A stretch of 64,000 nt of DNA, from NCBI GenBank assembly GCA_964016885.1, contig OZ024743.1:372001-436000 (forward strand). The letters are read 5' to 3'. The notes beneath the pieces are model-generated. The model searched no databases and was not told where the DNA came from. It saw only the letters and a list, made by a program, of their open reading frames with translations. Positions 57,731 through 64,000 of this stretch are shown here, piece after piece; positions within the stretch are counted from its first letter, which is position 1; every line of letters begins with the position of its first letter. The translations under genes were made by a program, and so were the position numbers. This DNA is from Eledone cirrhosa (Eukaryota).

Positions 57731-58764
57731 TTCGAAAGTACAATGAAAATTGATAATTATAAACCTACTTTCAAAATAAAAGTTAAAAAGATGTGGTGAC
57801 TTTCATGGCTTTCCTAGAGCTATTAGTAATATTTAGAGTCGACCTCTGGTCATTATTGAAAGTTTCTGGATTTCGCAAAATACATAATATTTTTTATTGG
57901 AGTAGGTAAGATATTTTTCCGCAAAAATTTGATTGCACTGTTTTGTTTCCACTTATGTATTTTTCGAAAATGTTATTTAATCATTATAAAAATGAAATGA
58001 CTGCATTCTATATTTAGTTGTCCCCCCCCCCCTAATTCCCGGTAACCAATATTTTTAGACCAATTCCGCCACTGTATACATGTATATATATATTATTGCT
58101 TAAGATATGGGAGTTAGTGTTTTTGACATTTGCCTTTGAACGAAACTATAGGCCCTCTCCTCCTTTCGTTGTCGATGAAATAAATTACTCGTCCAGGATA
58201 TTGGATAATGAGAAGTATCAGACGAGATGCCTTCTGGTATTTGTTATGTCTGTTTGCGTTCTGAGCTCTTAGATGGTAAACTTAGCCAGACGTCAGCTTT
58301 AACACCACCGCCTTGGTTGGTTTAGAGGAGTTAGCTCTGTTGCCAGCATTCGCGCATACATAATCTAATTCATACCGGCGTTGGAATCCATTTGTTTTCT
58401 ACATCTAGGTTCATTTATTTGTGTTTTAAGCAAATTCTTCATAAGTTTATTTATATATAAAATGATCTGCTTTCTATGACTACAAATAACACATTTTCAA
58501 CTGTACGTTGCTGATATTTTCAACTTATCTGACTTCCATAACTACGGTATATAAATCTCTACTAACTCGAGGATTCAAAATTGCACTAACGAAACTTATG
58601 AGGTTGACACGCGTAAGAAATTGGAATATTATTAAATAAATACAAAAATAAAAAGAATTATACAGGTCGCAGAATTGAAAAAGTACTTTTTTCTTTAACA
58701 CTGTATTGTCATTAGCTTTACAGTATTTAAATTCATGATTACATGTTATCTATACCTCTATATA

Positions 58765-58811
<47 letters not shown>

Positions 58812-59788
58812 TCATATGAAAACCTGCAGTATCAATGTAACATATATGGGCTTATCGGCACGTACTGAGTTAGACGATCAATTTACGAACAAATCAACTA
58901 ACGAACAGCCTCTTGCAACGTAACACATTCGTTAGGTGGGGACTTACTGTACTTCGAAATTTCGTACATGAATGGCAATACCTATCCTTCTATGTGATAA
59001 CGTTGTAAAACCCATGATACATCGTATTGTCATTGATACAGAATACGTGAGATTGAAATAAAGTTTTCAAGAAGTGTAATTTTTTTAACTATACATTTCT
59101 GTTCAAGCAAGTCACTGCAATAGTTCTGGCACTCAATCGGTTAGTTTTAAACTCGGATAATATCAAGTTATTTAAGCTTCCTTTCCGCTTAAAATTAAAA
59201 ATTGGATTGTGTCTCAGTTGGCACGGAAATAAGATGTAAGTGTTAAAAAAATCTCAGCATCTTTCTGTTTCTATCATCAAATTCACAAAATTTAAAATCC
59301 TACAGTTCAAATATATTAAATGCTGGAAACCAGTAACCAGTACAGAAATTGCAAATTCATTACCATAAAGATGTAGATTTGTTTAACGAGGGCAGCACCG
59401 ACTGACATTTTTTACTTTACTTTTCGAGCTTACTGAAACACTACTTAGTCACTTGGTTGTTATTTAGGCTGACACTGTTTCCGACATTCCCATCAAGTCA
59501 GGGGTACTTCTAGAACTTCTTAAATACGATTGGAGGAGTTGATAGGTCATTCATGTTAATGTTGTTATTCTGTTTCACTATCTTCTTTAAACAGACGCAT
59601 ATGTATGGATGAATGCATGTATGAATACATGTATACATACATAAAAACAAACATGTGTACGTAAATACAGACATCCATACACACACATGTGTGTGTATGT
59701 ATGTTGTATGTATGTATGTGTGTATGCATGTAAGCATGTATGTATATGGGTACATATGACTATATGCATTTATGCATTCGTGTAATTC

Positions 59789-59842
<54 letters not shown>

Positions 59843-60349
59843 TTATATATATATATATATCTTTATATATAAAGGTATGCTTTTAAGATTTATTTAAGTT
59901 CTTTTCCGCATAATTAAAGTCAGTTACTAACAACGTTACCGGGATTCTTTGTTTGAATGAAGAGAGTTCCGTTAATTTTGAATATATAAGTGAGTTCATG
60001 TGTGCATGTGCATAGATGTATGGGTGTATGTGCATAAATATTTATGATTACGCAAGTGTATGTGACTACTCATTGTTTATATGTGTGTATATGCCAAAAT
60101 TTAATATGTAACTGTGTGAAAGTATGTTCATTGCAGTTAACTTAAATGGAGGATCTTCGGAATACTTTTAAAATCTTCAATCTGTCACTAATTTGATTGC
60201 AATAATATGTATCAGTTTGCTTTATTCTTAGAAAACTCAATCATTTCAAGGTTTTTATGTAAATACAGGGTAACCAGAAAAAAACTCCTTGATTTCAAAT
60301 ACTTATAATATGAAAACTTAAATGAATACTCTTACAATATTGGGGACTA

Positions 60350-61090
60350 CAGCTGCATAAACTAACAAAGTTTCATGTGGTATTCGTTGATATCATAGAC
60401 ACTCGATATGTGCCCCGTTTGTTGCTCGGCAAACATCAATAAGATAATCAAGATAGGCGTTTTTGTGGTCACCCAGTATATTTTTACATAGGCTAATACA
60501 CATATGATCATAGGTACAATTAAGCAACTACCGCCTGGATGAGAATCTAAGTGCTGCATTAGTTCACTATAGATCTTATCTTTCTTCCACAATTTAGACA
60601 TAACTTTCATATTCGGCCTAGAGGTAACATGTACAAGAATGCGTGACGCTTATTCCCTGTCTTATAAAAATATATGTTTTATAGTTTCCACTGGAACGCT
60701 ATTTCAATTGCAATGTTCTGCTAGTATTTTCTAATTTTAAAGTGTGGTTGCATTCTGCTCCTGTTGTACTTTTTATATGACCGTCAGGAAATCCATTTTG
60801 TGGAGAATATTGCAAAATGTTTTGACAACAATAACTTGTGTCTTGAGAAGGTAGTACATAGCGGATATATTGGGGCAGTTGCTGGTGATGTAGGTGATAT
60901 CTCCAACTCTGATGTGATACAATTGATAATTATCAATTGTATCACATGATTATAATCATCTGTCAAAAGTTACAAGACTTGAGTTATCCTAATCCTTCTT
61001 ATACATTACGTATTTAGTATAAATCTCCTGTTCTTGAATAGCCAAGCCATATCCTTCGATATGAGATGTGATAAATCTTTAACGGGCTAT
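60350..61090 (-). mobile_element. R4/Dong-type LINE C-terminal relic (Zn knuckle and restriction-like endonuclease region)
   Basis: HIEGYGLAIQEQEIYTKY, DITYITSNCPNISAMYYL, SKLWKKDKIYSEL, IVPMIICVLAYV. Confidence 0.75.
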
Positions 61091-61131
61091 GGGGAGTTAC
61101 ACTTACTGTCAATGCTCTCTCTCTCTCTCTT

Positions 61132-61163
<32 letters not shown>

Positions 61164-61202
61164 AACACACATATATATATGTGTATTTGTGCGTGCGCGC
61201 GC

Positions 61203-61288
<86 letters not shown>

Positions 61289-61782
61289 CTATGACCGTCA
61301 ATTGACTTAACGTGAATACATCTATATTAAATCAAAGTCAGCCACCAAACGTCACCTCTACACTTAAGGAGTTATACCACTTATGTTCTTATAAACATTA
61401 TTCCAGCCCCCATGGTAAAACAATCACCGATCTGCACCAATTATTGTTAAGGGAATGACAGACATCAACAGGCTGCAACCGTCATATTATGCGGTTTATA
61501 TAAAATGTAATGTCTGCTTGCTGTCTGTCTGTATTTATGTATGTGTGTATGTGTGTTATGTATGCAGGCATGTTCACACATGTATTTATTATTGTTCGTA
61601 AATAACACCTGTCATTACGTTTAGGCGGCTCTATTTCTTGGCATACATACATGTCTATGTGTATGCACACATGTCTGCATTCCTATATTCATTATGAGTA
61701 CATTAGTCCAAACGTTTGTAATGTATTCTAGAATTGTAAAGACCGGATTCTCAATATCAATACTCGATGTCAACGAAAAAAA

Positions 61783-61835
<53 letters not shown>

Positions 61836-61936
61836 TCCATGCATATAGACTGAGTGTAAAACCAATAAATTTATCATCTAATCCCCATGAGGCGTTCTAA
61901 TATATTTATATAGACACAAAATTGGTTCCTTTAAGT

Positions 61937-62105
61937 CAGGGTTTCCAAAACGTTTTCAAACGCGGAGCCCTTTTTGGTTCAGAAACATATGGGGGAACCC
62001 CAAAGTCTAATACTTTTATATGGCCCTAATATAAATATATAATCCTCTACCTTTTTTCATAGAAGCGCAGACACTCCTTTGTGGAATCCACTTTGGGAAC
62101 CACTG
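61937..62105. mobile_element. hAT-type MITE
   Basis: TIRs cagggtttccaaaa / tttgggaaccactg; imperfect 8-bp TSD ctttaagt/ttctaagt. Confidence 0.65.
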
Positions 62106-62667
62106 TTCTAAGTGATTGCTTGACCTACTAGAAATACCAACTAAATTGACCTCACATCATTACACATTACATTTTATAAGAAAAGGCGGCATATTGAATA
62201 TACTATATCTGTAAAAGAAGAAAAGGATGACATAGCGACGAGTGGAAAGTGTTTGATCCTAGTTGCGATGTACGAAGGCAACCATGGTTGTACAGCACTG
62301 CATGTTCAGTGTGTTATTAGGACAGGCTGCTAGTATAGCGGGATGGTTAGGCTCGCTTGATATAGCCTCGGGTCGACCCACATTTTGAGTGAAATTGGGT
62401 ACACGACATTTGTGTATTTGTGTATATGACTATGTATGTATGTATGTGTGAGTGCGTGAGTGTGTGTGTGTGTGTATGTTATCATATATGCATGGATGGA
62501 TGTATAAATATATAAAAAAGGCAAACAAATAAACTGAATAGCTGACCCGTGTACAAATATAGCTAATTAGGAAGATAGATAAATACATATAGAAAGAACC
62601 AGAATTGCACAAGTAGTAATCCTATAAAGGAAATATATATATACATACACACATATATATATACCCT

Positions 62668-62826
<159 letters not shown>

Positions 62827-63302
62827 ATATATAATGTGTGCGTATGTATGTATATATTATGTGCGTGTGTATGTATGTATACATTATGTGCGTGTGTATC
62901 TATGTATATATTATGTTTGAATGTGTGTGTGGATTTATGGATAGATAGATAGGATAAAGAAGATAGAAAAAGAGATAGAAATATTTGGTGGAGGAGCCGA
63001 GATAAGAAAGTGGGGTATGATATTAAAGGGAAAATAGTAGAAAGAGAAAAAGACATGGAGTTACAACAACTGGCATGTGATGGAACCAGTTGAAAAGAAA
63101 ACATTTCAATGCAGAAATAGGGATCATGCTAAGTCGATTAACGCCTACAGTTCTTTACAAAAGGAAGGGAACATTTACATGACCCAGATTTATTTGTTTT
63201 TATAGAGCAATTGTCTATAAAATACAACTGCCCCACGGACAAATTTTCAGATATGTCTGGGATATAACATTTAAATATTTATCTTGTGATTTGACTGGAC
63301 GT

Positions 63303-63492
63303 AATAATAATTGTTTCTACTTTTGGCACAGGGCCAGCAATTACCCCAGTACATTACTGGTACTTTATTTTATCGACCCCGTAAGGATGAAAGGTAAAGT
63401 CAACCTCGGCGGGATTTGAACTCAGATCATAAAGGGAGGTAACTCTATTCTTCAAAGCATGGCATCCGACCCTCTACCGATACTGCCAATCG
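63303..63492 (-). mobile_element. Young tRNA-derived SINE
   Basis: Reverse complement of the family consensus. Confidence 0.9.
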
Positions 63493-63591
63493 AGGATAAC
63501 AATGAAGACGGTGATGATGATGATAATGATAATGATGATGACGGTGGTGATAATAATGATAATGTTGATGACGGTGGTGATGAGAAAGATA

Positions 63592-63773
63592 ATACTGGTT
63601 TCTGATTTAGGCACAAGGCCAACAATTTTGGGAGGGGTGGGGGCGAGAGTCGATTAAATCGACCCTAGTGCATTACTGGTACTTTATTTCATCGACCCCC
63701 GTAAGGATGAAAAGCAAAGCTAACCTCGGTGGGATTTGAAACAGAGCGTAAAGAGATGTAACTCAATGTTGCC

Positions 63774-63775
<2 letters not shown>
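63592..63775 (-). mobile_element. tRNA-derived SINE
   Basis: ggcacaaggcc...aaggatgaaaagcaaagc...ggatttgaa. Confidence 0.85.
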
Positions 63776-63804
<29 letters not shown>

Positions 63805-63945
63805 TTCTTTATTGACTCAAGGGCCTACATATAGGGGACAGGGAGCGGAGACAGGTCTGCAGTATCGTGTTTGTTAAAGTGATCGCATCCCATTCTCTCT
63901 CTGTGTATCGCATCCCTCTCTCTCTTTCTGTATATATATATATAT

Positions 63946-64000
63946 ATGAGTCCAGAATTAGCCGTCGAAACGGCTTGAGCTCAGCCGCCGGGGTCCTACT
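63946..64000 (+). mobile_element. Family C copy, cut by the window edge
   Basis: ATGAgtccagaattagccgtcGAAACggcttgagctcagccGCCggggtc. Confidence 0.8.

Overview
Eukaryotic, AT-rich, microsatellite-saturated DNA; the SINE and repeat complement suggests a cephalopod such as octopus (inference). Almost all ORF-track entries are translations of (AT)n, (CA)n, (TATG)n or trinucleotide microsatellites. The only credible host coding region is a 1.8-kb low-complexity exon on the minus strand (48738->46913, ending at a GT donor), so the ~47 kb to its left is probably intron. Mobile DNA includes a truncated Penelope-like element with a GIY-YIG endonuclease, RTE and R4/Dong LINE relics, bipartite RTE-derived elements, a Tigger/pogo relic, hAT and Tc1/mariner MITEs, many tRNA-derived SINEs, and three minisatellites (38, 37 and 31 bp). 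The main hidden signal is RNA structure. Several unrelated short repeat families in (AT)n tracts carry minimal type I hammerhead ribozymes (CUGANGA...GAAA...NUH with a palindromic stem-loop III), often in inverted configurations. Five copies have an intact core and stem I, three carry the compensatory U3-A8 core, and there is also a candidate HDV-like ribozyme at the 5' end of an RTE-derived element. All folds were worked out by eye, and transposon boundaries are approximate.
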